DNA from: an uncultured Anaerolineaceae bacterium
GTDB taxonomy: Bacteria; Chloroflexota; Anaerolineae; Anaerolineales; Anaerolineaceae
NCBI GenBank assembly: GCA_964455505.1
Contig: CAYVWM010000001.1
Span: 1-43,784, forward strand
Length of the DNA: 43,784 bases
Reading direction: 5' to 3'
Shown piece by piece: positions 43,742 to 43,784 of this stretch. The notes beneath the pieces were generated by a model. It did no database searches. It was not told the DNA's origin and worked only from the letters and a program-made list of their open reading frames with translations. How positions within the stretch are numbered: position 1 is the first letter of the stretch; each line of letters begins with the position of its first letter. Both the position numbers and the translations under genes were made by a program.

Positions 43742-43784
43742 TAGGGCGGGTGGGGGTCGAACCCACACAGTGTCTCCACCGACG
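43742..43784 (-). tRNA. Partial tRNA (3' portion only; identity not determinable)
   Basis: The reverse complement of 43742-43766 reads GTGGG-TTCGACC-CCCAC-CCGCCCT-A. These are the T-stem, a T-loop with the TTCGA core and G53:C61, the T-stem, a 7-nt 3' acceptor strand and the discriminator. No CCA is encoded. The anticodon arm cannot be placed convincingly and the 5' part lies beyond the window edge. Confidence 0.55.

Noticed and set aside
43741-43784. Assigning an amino-acid identity to the partial tRNA, and reading it instead as a plus-strand tRNA 5' half (a CTCCA string at about 43773-43777 looks like a Trp anticodon loop).
   Set aside because: On the plus strand there is no proper D-arm, and the putative anticodon stem does not pair. 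On the minus strand only the T-arm and acceptor 3' strand fold convincingly, and no register gives a canonical U33/purine-37 anticodon loop. The unusual A1:U72 end pair also keeps confidence moderate.
1-43784. CRISPR arrays, rRNA genes, long dispersed repeats or REP-like repeat families.
   Set aside because: Scanning the intergenic regions by eye showed only isolated hairpins with unrelated sequences. The only true repeats are intragenic: the 576-nt period duplication in the DnaC-like gene and the 15-nt repeat at 16294/16327.

Overview
This is a 43.8-kb, densely coding chromosomal segment from a bacterium. By eye it is mid-GC, and most start codons have strong GGAGG-type Shine-Dalgarno sites. 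Gene content and protein sequences suggest an anaerobic fermentative organism of the Chloroflexota/Anaerolineae type, but that is inference only. I count about 37 protein genes and one tRNA truncated at the right edge. I found no rRNA, CRISPR array, transposase, integrase or phage structural genes.

Content from left to right:
- livM (5' truncated), livG and livF, the branched-chain amino-acid ABC transporter.
- myo-inositol-1-phosphate synthase.
- An AT-rich spacer carrying a palindromic site, then two unknown envelope proteins.
- Lysine 2,3-aminomutase, then a beta-lactamase-fold protein whose SxxK serine is replaced by Asp.
- On the minus strand, a Firmicute-style heat-shock operon hrcA-grpE-dnaK-dnaJ-prmA with a perfect CIRCE operator, followed by a cytidylate-kinase-like gene.
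- A divergently transcribed 820-833-aa membrane protein of unknown function.
- A Na+-translocating methylmalonyl-CoA decarboxylase cluster: carboxyltransferase, OadG-like subunit, biotin carrier and beta pump.
- An orphan OmpR-type regulator with a degenerate receiver domain.
- A replication cluster: bifunctional nuclease, DnaB, a DnaD-domain protein and a tandem-duplicated DnaC-like loader.
- alpha-glucan phosphorylase, a UPF0316 membrane protein and a HAD hydrolase.
- An 829-aa HerA/DUF853-like NTPase.
- A zinc-ribbon membrane protein, a small polytopic membrane protein and an isochorismatase-family hydrolase.
- A MacAB-type efflux system and an HtrA protease.
- A four-repeat lipoprotein followed by a long, eukaryote-like formate-tetrahydrofolate ligase.

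The most unusual items:
- The covalently duplicated DnaC/DnaI-type AAA+ loader, with two complete modules in exact 576-nt register plus a CxxCxGxG zinc motif. It overlaps the preceding DnaD-domain gene by more than 50 nt.
- The HerA/DUF853-like NTPase with a roughly 350-aa C-terminal extension.
- The large unknown membrane protein next to the heat-shock operon.
- The pseudo-receiver response regulator.
- The long-form fhs.

No recognisable defence, toxin-antitoxin or mobile-element system was seen. All family assignments come from motif recognition by eye and need database confirmation.
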